A DNA stretch of 64,000 nucleotides from a bacterium (GCA_030426125.1 JAUHZB010000001.1:222583-286582); one strand, 5' to 3'; counted from the stretch's first letter, positions 10,024-19,766 are shown. Program-made: numbers and translations. Notes: generated by a model not told the origin, from the sequence alone.

Positions 10024-11124
10024 ATGAGCAAACGAGATTACTACGATGTACTAGGCATTAAAAAAGGTGCCAGTGATGATGAAATAAAGAAGGCTTTTCG
10101 CAAGAAAGCAATTGAACACCATCCAGATAAGCAGGGGGGTGATGAAGCTAAATTCCAGGAAGTCAATGAAGCCTACGAAGTCTTAAAAGATGAACGTAAA
10201 CGGCAACGCTATGATCAGTTTGGCCACGCTGGTGTGGGTAGTAGTGCTTCTAGTGATGGTTCGGCTGGCAATCCATTTGGTGGGGCTGGTGGATTTGGTG
10301 GTCAGAATGTTAATTTTGACTTTGGTGATCTTGGTCTTGGCGATATCTTCGGTAGTTTTTTTGGCGGTGGTCAAAGACAACGTAGCAATAGAGGGCGTGA
10401 TGTTGAAACTACAGTAAATCTTAGTTTTGAAGAAGGTGTATTTGGGCTCGAGAAAGATATTAAAGTAGGCTTGAACGATACTTGTGAACACTGTAAGGGG
10501 ACTACGGCTGAACCGGGTCACGAACTTAAAACCTGCGATACCTGTAAAGGTGCTGGCCAGGTGAATAGAGTAACTAGAACCGTTTTCGGAGATATCCAGC
10601 AAGCTACTGTCTGTCCAACTTGTGATGGTCAGGGTAAAGTGCCGGAGAAAAAGTGCACAGTTTGTCATGGAAAAGGTACTCAGCATAAAACTAAGACCAT
10701 TAAGCTAAAAATACCGGCTGGAATTGATGATGGTGCTACCATTCGCTTGCGTGAGCAAGGGGAAGCAGTTGCCAATGGTCCTAAGGGCGACCTATATGTA
10801 AATATTAGGGTTAAACCGCATAAACACTTCACTCGCGAGGGTGATCTTATCTTAAGCGAAGAACATGTCGATATGGTTTCGGCATCTTTGGGTACAGAAA
10901 TAGATGTTGAGACTGTTGATGGAACGGTGCGTATGAAGGTCCCAGCTGGCACGCAGAGTGGTACTGACTTCAAGTTATCCAGCCATGGCGTTCCTCATCT
11001 TAGAGGAAATGGCCGCGGAGCGCATATAGTAACCTTACTAGTAGATACCCCAACTAAGCTAAGTAAAAAGCAACAAGAACTACTAAAAGAGTTTGCCGGT
11101 AACCCAAAAAAAGGTTTGTGGTAG
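10024..11124 (+). CDS. dnaJ: Molecular chaperone DnaJ
   Basis: J domain with HPD (AIEHHPDKQ), a G/F-rich region and four CxxCxGxG zinc-finger motifs (CEHCKGTT, CDTCKGAG, CPTCDGQG, CTVCHGKG). The track start at 10006 (GTG) lies inside CIRCE, so the ATG at 10024 (MSKRDYYDVLG) is preferred. Confidence 0.95.
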   Translation: MSKRDYYDVLGIKKGASDDEIKKAFRKKAIEHHPDKQGGDEAKFQEVNEAYEVLKDERKRQRYDQFGHAGVGSSASSDGSAGNPFGGAGGFGGQNVNFDFGDLGLGDIFGSFFGGGQRQRSNRGRDVETTVNLSFEEGVFGLEKDIKVGLNDTCEHCKGTTAEPGHELKTCDTCKGAGQVNRVTRTVFGDIQQATVCPTCDGQGKVPEKKCTVCHGKGTQHKTKTIKLKIPAGIDDGATIRLREQGEAVANGPKGDLYVNIRVKPHKHFTREGDLILSEEHVDMVSASLGTEIDVETVDGTVRMKVPAGTQSGTDFKLSSHGVPHLRGNGRGAHIVTLLVDTPTKLSKKQQELLKEFAGNPKKGLW

Positions 11125-11156
11125 TTTCCTAAACTAAACTGTTGTTCTCTATTTAG

Positions 11157-12209
11157 CTAGGCTACAGTTAGGGCAATATATACACAGTAGGCTATATAGA
11201 GAGCGATCAGGATTAGGCCACTCTTATGTCCGATCTTCCAATTTCGGACCACTAGGAGGAAAAGAGTAGCAACTACAGTTGCGAACAGTAGGATTACACT
11301 AGCACTGAGGTTTGCGGTGCCTACAGATATTGAATCAGACATGAACACAAGAGCTAGGATCCAAGGGAAGCCGAGGCCAAATAGGATATCGAAGATGTTT
11401 GATCCAATAGCATTGCTAACAGCCATATCACCGCGTCCTTGTTTAGCAACAACTATTGAACCGATAAGGTCAGGTATTGAGGTTCCAGCTGCCAGTACGG
11501 TTAGCGCTAGGAAAGTAGAATTAATCGATGCTACGTCGGCAATATATACTATCTGCTCCACAAGTAGCCAGCTAATTCCGGCAATGGCTAGAACAGACAG
11601 TAAAAAAGTTACTAGGTAGAGGCTTGGTTTGCTGGCCGGGTTAGGGATAAATATTTGAATAGTTTTAAAAGTTAGTCTACTCAGTATATTGCCGTCGCTA
11701 TCAGCGCTATGCTGGGGCTCGGCAATTTCTTTATACTTAAACCATTTCCGCCAATTAACCACTGAAAATACATAAACTAAATATAGACCTACAAAAGAGA
11801 TAGCTTCTAGGAGTACAATTTTTCCATCAGAGAAAGATAACAGCAGCAGAAGTATAGTTAAGATATAGAACAGTAGGTCACGTAGAACCGGCTTCCACTG
11901 TAGTTTAACGGCCTTAAACATGGCTGCTGCCCCAATAATTACTAGCACGTTAAAAATAGCAGAACCGACTATCGTTCCAGCTCCAATGTCAGCGTGGTCA
12001 CTGCCGGCAATTCCTAGAATTGCAAAAAGTGAAGTGAAAAACTCTGGAGCGCTGGAGCCCATGGCTAGCAGAGTAGCTCCAGAGGCATCACTGCTTAAAC
12101 GTAGCTTGTCTGCTAATTTATCTATGGCTGGCACGAAGAAATCTTCGGTTAAGATAGCTAAGACATAGAAAGCTAGTAGTATTATTACTATTGATAATAT
12201 TAGTTGCAT
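11157..12209 (-). CDS. Ca2+/cation antiporter (CaCA, YrbG/NCX-like)
   Basis: Polytopic membrane protein with the two alpha-repeat motifs GSSAPEFFTS and GTSIPDLIGS. Confidence 0.8.
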   Translation of the reverse strand: MQLILSIVIILLAFYVLAILTEDFFVPAIDKLADKLRLSSDASGATLLAMGSSAPEFFTSLFAILGIAGSDHADIGAGTIVGSAIFNVLVIIGAAAMFKAVKLQWKPVLRDLLFYILTILLLLLSFSDGKIVLLEAISFVGLYLVYVFSVVNWRKWFKYKEIAEPQHSADSDGNILSRLTFKTIQIFIPNPASKPSLYLVTFLLSVLAIAGISWLLVEQIVYIADVASINSTFLALTVLAAGTSIPDLIGSIVVAKQGRGDMAVSNAIGSNIFDILFGLGFPWILALVFMSDSISVGTANLSASVILLFATVVATLFLLVVRNWKIGHKSGLILIALYIAYCVYIALTVA

Positions 12210-12240
12210 CGACTAGCTATTATACTACGTCGATAAAATT

Positions 12241-12849
12241 TTATTGAACAAGAAATTGGGTTTTTCCGTGATATATCTCTGATCTCACGTTATCGCCAAG
12301 ACGAGTCCAGCGCTCTGCGAGCTTCTTTCGATCCAGTTGTCTATTTGTGACGTACGGACTTTTAGTGAAATATTCTTGAAAGGTATCAATGAATAAATTT
12401 GCGGTAACTAGGGGATCTGCTACTTGCCTGTCGAATTCCGGGCACCAAAATATATCGGTCTTACTGGTTAATTCTGGTTGATGACTCTTTCTAGGATCAT
12501 TGTAGGTAACAGTACTTACATTAGCGCGATGCCGCATGAAAGTTAGCATTGTCATAGCTCCTAAAACAGTGACTATGGTTTCTTGGTTTTCTTGGTATAC
12601 ATCGATGGTTTCAGCCATAGCAACCGCTAGAGTCGATGCTATTTGACCATGGCGAGTTATAAAGTCTGCACCTCGAAATTCTTTACGGTTGTAATCAATA
12701 ACCTCACCGGCTAGGTAATAGTGCCTTGTTTCATCTTCGCGAGTTTCATTTTCCCAGCATTTCTCAAACATAAATTCAGATCGGTCTATTTCGGATTCTG
12801 ATAAAGGTGGATCTAGCGGTGATGGTGGTTCTATAGGTAAATTTGCCAT
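12241..12849 (-). CDS. Hypothetical cytoplasmic protein
   Basis: Clean 202-aa ORF with an ATG start. I recognise no motif. Confidence 0.55.
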   Translation of the reverse strand: MANLPIEPPSPLDPPLSESEIDRSEFMFEKCWENETREDETRHYYLAGEVIDYNRKEFRGADFITRHGQIASTLAVAMAETIDVYQENQETIVTVLGAMTMLTFMRHRANVSTVTYNDPRKSHQPELTSKTDIFWCPEFDRQVADPLVTANLFIDTFQEYFTKSPYVTNRQLDRKKLAERWTRLGDNVRSEIYHGKTQFLVQ

Positions 12850-12977
12850 AAAATTTTGTGTAAGAATAAGGGATAGATGATTTATGCTATATTAGCATTT
12901 TATATGACTATTGTCAATGTGCTGATGTTCTGAATATATCCGTCGGTTATGTACTAACTATGCTTTACATGGAAGAG

Positions 12978-15152
12978 TTAAGAAGTGCAAGTCTGTTTAT
13001 TTGAACACTGTTTACCAATCAACACTAAGCTAGTTGATGCTAGAGCAATAGCAGTAAATGTTATCAGTAGTGTGCTTTGTCCTGTATCTGCAAGTGGGCC
13101 AAGTGATTCAGAGCTATCTGCTCCATTTTGTGATGTGTCAGCTAATATAGTTTGATCACCTAGAACTTCACTAAATTCACTGGTTGCCCCAAAACCATCA
13201 GTTGAATTATCTATCTCAGTTGTGGTTGCAGATATGGCATAAGATCCACTTGTAAAGTCTTCTGGTATTGATAATGCTACATTATTGCTGATGGAGCTGG
13301 AAGCGATGATAGTGCTTCCTAAAAATATTTGTCCTTCACCATACCCGCTTGGATCTGCAGTTTCATTTGCGAAAAACTCTACTCTATAGCCATTGGGTGC
13401 ACTATCGTCTACATCGAGATCAAAGTTAATATCTAGATTTCCTTCAGTTGCAGAGGTTGAGTTAATGACAGGGAAGTTTAGGTAATCGTTAGGACCAGTG
13501 TCGGTGTCACCTGCGTCGTTCGTTGTAGCACCAGTATTTATATCTGGACTTTGATTACCATCAGAGTCATCTGCGTTGTCGATGCCGATTCCACCGTTAC
13601 TGTGTATTTTATTTCCAATAATTGAATTACTATCTGGGAACAGTGAGCCTATAGAAATAGAAAAGTTAGAAATACCGATTCCGTCATTGTAGGCTATTAT
13701 GTTCCCATCAGAGTCATCAATACCACCTATTGTGTTGTTAGTTGCCGATGAAGTAATCGCCATTCCTGCCCCACCTATTCCGATACCAGAATCTTCGCCA
13801 TTTAGATTTGTCCCTAGGTTGTTTGATTTAATGATATTATTATCACCCAAGATTGCAAAACCGACAAAACTACTGCCAGAAACGATATTGCTTCTAATAA
13901 TATTATTATCGCCGATAATCGAAATCCCTGATATGGTATTGCCAAGATCTATAGAAGTGTTACGGTTTGTGCCAATAATGTTGTTTGATATTGTTGAAGA
14001 ATTTCCGGTCTGTGTTATACCATGAGTATTACTTGAAACAACATTGTGTGCGTTAGTAGTTAAACCCCCAATGACTACATTATCACCTGAGCTGCCTATG
14101 CCGGCACCCGCATTACCTATATCTGCATTGCCAGTATAATCTGTGCCGACTAAATTACCTTGTATAACCACTTGTCCGCCAGCGGATATACCGTTTGAGC
14201 CATTTCCAGATATAACGTTGGCAGCCCCGCTATCCGTTCCTCCAATTAAGTTGTCTGTTCCAGTGGCTGAATCAACTATTACAATTCCCGAGCTTTCGTT
14301 TGCAATCGCGGAGGTTCCTGCTGCATTCAGCCCTATATAATTACCTTGGATTATCCAGTCACTACAATCTGTCCCGATAGATATTCCTTCGTTACCACCA
14401 CCACCACCACCATCGTTATTACCAGATATTAAATTACGATCAGATGGTGAGGTCCCACCAACTCGTATTCCGTTGTTTGTATGTGCAGAGTTTGTTCCAA
14501 CACCTCTTAGGTTATTTCCTTCTTCGATAAGTCCTGTTGGGTTGGTGCCAATATAGTTACCAGCTATAACAACATCGTCTACAGTATTTATAAAAATACC
14601 GTCTTGAGGCGATTGGTTAATTACTAGACCTCTTATCTGACTCGCATTTGCGCCAGCCTGTAAATTCAAGACACTTTGTACTCCACCGCTTCCATCTATC
14701 TCAATTAACAGTGTCCCATTTAGCGGATTTGGAGAAACGGCTGTATTTTCTCGTGAGCCTGGTTGTGAATAACCATTAATTATTATTGTTTCAGTTATGG
14801 CTGGAAGTGAGGATGACAATGCTATTGTATAGCCATCTTGGCCACCATTAGTAAAATCTGCGGTTTCACCTATATTGAAATTAATGGTGCTGGTATCTGA
14901 ATTTGAGTTGGCTTCTTGGATTGCCGCCCGTAGAGTGCAGTTACCAGAACCGTCATCACATTCACCATTACCAACATTACTATCAGCGCTGTCGAGAGTA
15001 GAGTCAACGGTTATACCATCACCAAGATTAGTGTCGGCTCCAAGAACCGTTGATGGTTTAGTAACGTAGAACACCAACATAATAATAGTAACTACTACGA
15101 TAGCCACTAAAGTTAGTGAAATTCTATTTTTAAAAATTGTATAATTGGGCAT
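12978..15152 (-). CDS. Secreted beta-helix repeat surface protein with a C-terminal LADTG sorting signal
   Basis: N-terminal signal anchor; a CTLRAAIQEANSNSDTSTINF motif; long runs of NxI(I/S)GN-type beta-helix repeats. C-terminus is LADTG, a hydrophobic stretch, then a KQCSNKQ tail. The ATG overlaps the upstream CotH stop (TAATG at 15150..15154). Confidence 0.8.
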   Translation of the reverse strand: MPNYTIFKNRISLTLVAIVVVTIIMLVFYVTKPSTVLGADTNLGDGITVDSTLDSADSNVGNGECDDGSGNCTLRAAIQEANSNSDTSTINFNIGETADFTNGGQDGYTIALSSSLPAITETIIINGYSQPGSRENTAVSPNPLNGTLLIEIDGSGGVQSVLNLQAGANASQIRGLVINQSPQDGIFINTVDDVVIAGNYIGTNPTGLIEEGNNLRGVGTNSAHTNNGIRVGGTSPSDRNLISGNNDGGGGGGNEGISIGTDCSDWIIQGNYIGLNAAGTSAIANESSGIVIVDSATGTDNLIGGTDSGAANVISGNGSNGISAGGQVVIQGNLVGTDYTGNADIGNAGAGIGSSGDNVVIGGLTTNAHNVVSSNTHGITQTGNSSTISNNIIGTNRNTSIDLGNTISGISIIGDNNIIRSNIVSGSSFVGFAILGDNNIIKSNNLGTNLNGEDSGIGIGGAGMAITSSATNNTIGGIDDSDGNIIAYNDGIGISNFSISIGSLFPDSNSIIGNKIHSNGGIGIDNADDSDGNQSPDINTGATTNDAGDTDTGPNDYLNFPVINSTSATEGNLDINFDLDVDDSAPNGYRVEFFANETADPSGYGEGQIFLGSTIIASSSISNNVALSIPEDFTSGSYAISATTTEIDNSTDGFGATSEFSEVLGDQTILADTSQNGADSSESLGPLADTGQSTLLITFTAIALASTSLVLIGKQCSNKQTCTS

Positions 15153-17980
15153 TATTTTGTCGTCCCTCTGTTCGCTAGTTTATATAATAGCATAAGCATC
15201 GAAGACGTAACAATCATAGTAATACCTATAAATAGAATATTTGTTGTCTGACTTTTTTCGGTATTTTGTATTTGGTTAGCATTTAAATTAGTTTGTTCGT
15301 TATTGCCCGGAATCTTTTTTGAAATATCTTCATCTTTTTCTTTTGCTTGGTCAATAACTGTATTGTCGTTGGCAAATGAACCATTGTCTCTAGCCTTTTC
15401 TGTTGATATTTCTGGGCCTGAGCTGCTATCAACTTCATTTATTGTCGTGTTCGTATAAACTTTGGAGCCATCAGAGCGTCTCAAGCCATATTCACTATCT
15501 CCTGCGACTTGTCCAATATATTCTGCGAGAACTAGCTTGCCGCTACCAATCTCTTGTCTAAACATAGCGTCATCACTTACTACATACCCAGTACCATTTT
15601 TCGGTAGAACACTTCCTCCAGGGAAAGTGAAATTTGTACCATCTATTGTCCAGTTAGATATATCAACTGCAATATTATTAGGATTACTTAGTTTAATATA
15701 GTTATAATTTGCGTTTTGTGAAGCCGTGTATGAAATATCTTCTATATCAATAATCACATTGTTTAATTGGGCTGCAGGAATTAGACCTCTGCTAACATAG
15801 TTCGTTAGGAACCGATCTCTTAGTTTGTCTAGGCTGAAGCGCAGTATGGAAAACCTATTTGCAGGAGTGTACGGTTCATAAGTGGCATGTTGGAATGGTA
15901 AGTCTTCCAGTCGCAAGCCTCCACCAGTTTTCTGGTCCAGAATAGATTGCATTACAAGTGGGTTATCAGGATCTTGTCCGACCACATCAGTTATGTAATC
16001 TCTGACTGGTTGAATATTTGTATCATATTCATAGGTATACCACTTTTGATAATCCAAATCTGATGCAGTTAAACTTGTGGCTGCTTCATCGTCTAGCCAT
16101 TCTTGGATAGTATTATTAGCATAAATTTCATCAACTAATGTCCTTACCCTTCGCTTATACATTTCTTGTAATTCTGGATCATCCCATATAGCAGTGAATA
16201 CATTTCGATCATCTACAGAAATTGATGGAACAACATCATAAGGGTTAATCAGGTCATCGTATCCCTGCGGGGGAACCCCAAGACCAATATTGTGCACACT
16301 CATTGTTAGGTCAAGGTCCCAAGGTAAGAATGACCAACGTTCACGATCACCAGCATTGTAAATACTGAATGTATTTGATGCCAGACTCCAATCGTGACTT
16401 CTTGCAACAGACTGAGCTGCCATATAATTTATTATGTTTGTAATTTCAATATTATCTCTTAAATAATCTAACTTAGCTCCTCCTGATAGTGAGCTTAGTG
16501 CACTCTTTAAATTTTGTAGTCTGGTTGTATCATTATTATCTGGCTGCTTTTTTTCAAACTCATCTTCTATAATTTCTGCATCCTTATATGCTGGATTTCT
16601 GTCCAGCCACTCTTTTTCATATTTTTCAGCTAATGTATAGGCTCCTTCAAATTCGCCATTTTTTTGCAGTTGAATTTTTTTAACTTGTGGCACTGGGAAC
16701 CCAGCGTGTTTAAAAATCCTCCATGATAACAGTGAAACTATATACTCATTATTCGGAAAATCTGTATTTAGATGAAACTCGTTAAGCGGGTATTCTAATA
16801 CCCCTGGTATAGCAAGCTTGTGGTTTTTCGGCAATTTAATTTTGAAAGGTAATTTAGGAAAAGTCCTAGAGTATTCACCCTTAATTCTTACCTCAGAATT
16901 ATCTATAACCTGATTGCCGTAGACAATAACACAGGAAAAATAGTCTTCCTGATCATCTGGTGTGGCGATCAGATCAGTATAGTCACTTTCGGAAATAAAC
17001 CACTCCAGTATTGGGGTAGATCCAACTTCTTGAGATGGGTCTACCACCACATAACCCTGGTAATTAATGCTATCATCATTGCCAGGTAGTCCAGCTGTGT
17101 CTGAGCCTGGACTGGTGGCTTCTACTCTATACCTCACCAGTGAGCCAGCTGTTTGGGTTGGTATTTGTCCGCTGTAGATGCCGTCACTAGCGGTTTGGTC
17201 TCCATTGTTCCCGCTGTCATTCATGGCTATTGTTTCTTCATCTTCAAACATGACTTTGTACACAAGATTTACTGTGTCAACATTGCTCGCTTGTACGGTT
17301 ATGGTTGGAGTGTCGGTTGGTTGGATAGCCTCTAGACTACTTGTGTTTTTTGGTGTACTTAGACTAGACAGTTCTGGCAGGTCAGCAGAGGAGAGAGAGT
17401 TTTCAGTGTTTGGTGTACCACCATCACTAAGGCTGGCTCCCCATGAAGTGGATAGACTGTTATCGAGACTGGAGTCTTTGAGTTCTAATGAAGGACCTAG
17501 TTCATCTGGTGTGACTGGCCAGGGAGATACGTCAAGATAGTCAACACTATCTACGAGGGTATTGGAAGAATCTCGTAGTTCTATGTTTTCACCACCATTG
17601 CTGAGGTTGCCACTGTACTCTGCTAGGACTGTTTGACTGTAGGTTGTAGTGGTTTGAGATGCAGAGGGTGAAACTAAAACGAAGTCATTGGCACCGATAC
17701 TCATACCGGAAGAAAAACATAAACTAATGCCGTCAGTGAAACACCAACCATTTAGGTCTATTGGTGAGCCAGTAGTATTGTATAGTTCTAGAAATTCATC
17801 GTCTTCGTTATCTGAAGATGGATGGTACATAAGTTCATTAATGACTACATCACCACTAGCTGCGGAGGCGAGGTTAGGGTTAATGGTTATGTGCAAAAGA
17901 GAACAGACTAGGCTAGCTAGCAATACAATTACTATAGTTAGTTGATTGTATTTAATTGTCAGAAATAAACGACTTTGCAT
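15152..17980 (-). CDS. CotH-family (atypical kinase) protein with N- and C-terminal lamin-tail domains and a C-terminal TM anchor
   Basis: Signal peptide. LTD motif VVINELMYHPSSDNEDDEFLELYNTTGSPIDLNGWCF. CotH-type motif RWSFLPWDLDLTMS. A second LTD-like segment (YIKLSNPNNIAVDISNWTIDGTNFTFPGG). C-terminal hydrophobic helix plus KLANRGTTK. Confidence 0.75.
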   Translation of the reverse strand: MQSRLFLTIKYNQLTIVIVLLASLVCSLLHITINPNLASAASGDVVINELMYHPSSDNEDDEFLELYNTTGSPIDLNGWCFTDGISLCFSSGMSIGANDFVLVSPSASQTTTTYSQTVLAEYSGNLSNGGENIELRDSSNTLVDSVDYLDVSPWPVTPDELGPSLELKDSSLDNSLSTSWGASLSDGGTPNTENSLSSADLPELSSLSTPKNTSSLEAIQPTDTPTITVQASNVDTVNLVYKVMFEDEETIAMNDSGNNGDQTASDGIYSGQIPTQTAGSLVRYRVEATSPGSDTAGLPGNDDSINYQGYVVVDPSQEVGSTPILEWFISESDYTDLIATPDDQEDYFSCVIVYGNQVIDNSEVRIKGEYSRTFPKLPFKIKLPKNHKLAIPGVLEYPLNEFHLNTDFPNNEYIVSLLSWRIFKHAGFPVPQVKKIQLQKNGEFEGAYTLAEKYEKEWLDRNPAYKDAEIIEDEFEKKQPDNNDTTRLQNLKSALSSLSGGAKLDYLRDNIEITNIINYMAAQSVARSHDWSLASNTFSIYNAGDRERWSFLPWDLDLTMSVHNIGLGVPPQGYDDLINPYDVVPSISVDDRNVFTAIWDDPELQEMYKRRVRTLVDEIYANNTIQEWLDDEAATSLTASDLDYQKWYTYEYDTNIQPVRDYITDVVGQDPDNPLVMQSILDQKTGGGLRLEDLPFQHATYEPYTPANRFSILRFSLDKLRDRFLTNYVSRGLIPAAQLNNVIIDIEDISYTASQNANYNYIKLSNPNNIAVDISNWTIDGTNFTFPGGSVLPKNGTGYVVSDDAMFRQEIGSGKLVLAEYIGQVAGDSEYGLRRSDGSKVYTNTTINEVDSSSGPEISTEKARDNGSFANDNTVIDQAKEKDEDISKKIPGNNEQTNLNANQIQNTEKSQTTNILFIGITMIVTSSMLMLLYKLANRGTTK

Positions 17981-18064
17981 GCAGACTGAATAACCCTCAA
18001 TGTATAAGCATAAGTATAGAGGAGAGCGTGATATTGTGCTAGGGTTAACCTGGTTTCGATATTG

Positions 18065-19588
18065 CTATATTTCGTTAAGTACTGTAATCCTAGCACCCAG
18101 ACTATTGAGCCTTTTAGCCAGGTCTTCATAACCCCGGTTAATAGTGTAAACATTTCGAAGTTTAGATTTTCCGCTAGCAGCTAACATACCAATTAGCAGT
18201 AAACTAGCTGGGCGCAGTGCCGGTGGGCAAACTACATCAGCGGCCGTAAATTTTGTTTTTCCTTTGATGTAAATCCGATGTGGGTCAACTAGTTCAATGT
18301 TGGCGCCGATCTTGGTAAGTTCGGTGTAATAGATAGCGCGGTTTTCGAACATCCAATCATGGATAAATGTTCGGCCTTTGCTAACGGCAGCAATTGGCAC
18401 AAAGTAGGGGATTGAATCGGGGTTAATGCCGGGCCAGAGGTTGGGATGAATCTTATCCTTAGGTGCTTGTAGTTTACCGCGGTGTTTTTCTATTGTCAGA
18501 TCTACTAGATCGACCACGCCATTAGTAGCTTTGTATTTTTTCGTTGCTTTAAACTTTAAGCCAATTACTTCTAGTTTATATAATTCAAGCGCTATCCAAT
18601 CTATTGGAACGCGCTTAATAGTGATTGATGAGTTGGTAGCCACGGCAGCTGATATAAAGAACATCGCCTCGATTGGATCTTCGGTGGGAGCGAAACTAAC
18701 ATTCTTTTTAATGTTGCTGGAGCCTTCAACGGTTAACACTGAAGAGCCAATACCCTGAATTTTAACTCCGAGTTTCTGGAGGAATAGGCAGAGGTCTTGG
18801 ACCATGTAATCAGCGCTGGCATTGTGAATAATTGTTGTTCCGTTGCTTCTAGCTGCGGCCATTAGGGCATTGTTGGTTACAGTATTTCCAGCTTCGTATA
18901 GTACGATCCGCTCAGTCGGTAGTTTACGGTTGACTTTGACGTCATAGAATCCGGTGTGAGCTTTGACATTAACACCGAAGTTTTGTAGAGCTAGTAGATG
19001 GGGCTCAACGGTACGTTCGCCTAGCTTGCAACCACCAGCAAAAGGTATCTTAAAGTGTTTGTGCTCATGCAGTAAAGGTCCGAGGAACATTAGCACGCTT
19101 CTTGTGGCTTTGGCTGAGCTGACATTAATTTTACTTAGATCAAGTTGGGCTGGGCGGTTAATTTCGATGTCGTTATTAGCTAGCCACTTTATTTTTACAC
19201 CGATACTTTCTAGTACTTCAATAATGCGGTGAACTTCTTCAATTTTAGGGAAGGCCTTAAACCTAGTAACTCCATGGTTAAGTAAGCTGGCACACAGTAG
19301 GGCTACGGCTGCATTCTTGCTGGTTTTTAGAGTGATCTCGCCTTTTAGTTCACGACCACCTTCAATTTGTAGATTTAGACCACGATTACCAACCTGAATG
19401 ATGGGCTTATTGAGAACATCACTAATTCTAGCTAAAGTTTCTAGGCTTAAATTTTGGTTACCGTGCTCAATACGGTTAACCGCCGACTGGCTAGTGTTTA
19501 GTTGTTTAGCGAAACTAGCCTGCGTTAGGCCGCGCTCGTGACGTAGCTTATAGATTAAATTTCCGATCTTTTGGTTAGTGGAGGCCAT
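18065..19588 (-). CDS. murA: XRE-family HTH domain fused to UDP-N-acetylglucosamine 1-carboxyvinyltransferase (MurA)
   Basis: The first ~66 aa form an HTH (RGLTQASFAKQLNTSQSAVNRIEHG). The remainder is colinear with MurA: KGEITLKTSKNAA, the catalytic Cys loop FAGGCKLGERTV, and C-terminal INRGYEDLAKRLNSLGA. Confidence 0.85.
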   Translation of the reverse strand: MASTNQKIGNLIYKLRHERGLTQASFAKQLNTSQSAVNRIEHGNQNLSLETLARISDVLNKPIIQVGNRGLNLQIEGGRELKGEITLKTSKNAAVALLCASLLNHGVTRFKAFPKIEEVHRIIEVLESIGVKIKWLANNDIEINRPAQLDLSKINVSSAKATRSVLMFLGPLLHEHKHFKIPFAGGCKLGERTVEPHLLALQNFGVNVKAHTGFYDVKVNRKLPTERIVLYEAGNTVTNNALMAAARSNGTTIIHNASADYMVQDLCLFLQKLGVKIQGIGSSVLTVEGSSNIKKNVSFAPTEDPIEAMFFISAAVATNSSITIKRVPIDWIALELYKLEVIGLKFKATKKYKATNGVVDLVDLTIEKHRGKLQAPKDKIHPNLWPGINPDSIPYFVPIAAVSKGRTFIHDWMFENRAIYYTELTKIGANIELVDPHRIYIKGKTKFTAADVVCPPALRPASLLLIGMLAASGKSKLRNVYTINRGYEDLAKRLNSLGARITVLNEI

Positions 19589-19766
19589 ATTGTGCTGTTA
19601 AGTATATCAGATAAGGTATATGTGACAAGGAAATAGTCAAAATTAATATATGTAGTGGTGCTGCGATTATTGCTTACACAATTTGTATTTATTACATTGT
19701 GGACTATTATGGTTGGCTAGATTAGAATTAGAGGCGAAGATATTAGAGCAGTGGAAGGGGATAGCT

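Noticed and set aside
10183-10686. 167-aa minus-strand ORF and other small ORFs inside dnaJ
   Set aside because: It is fully nested antisense within a gene whose plus frame shows unmistakable DnaJ motifs, and the nested ORF has low-complexity composition.
17959-18153. 64-aa minus-strand ORF bridging the murA 3' end and the CotH upstream region
   Set aside because: It overlaps the MurA C-terminal coding region out of frame, with no motif or start context.
19589-19766. Possible riboswitch (ZTP/THF-type) in the glyA leader
   Set aside because: I could not find the conserved ZTP or THF core sequences. Only a weak 6-bp inverted repeat is present, and it is mentioned under the HTH-MurA finding.
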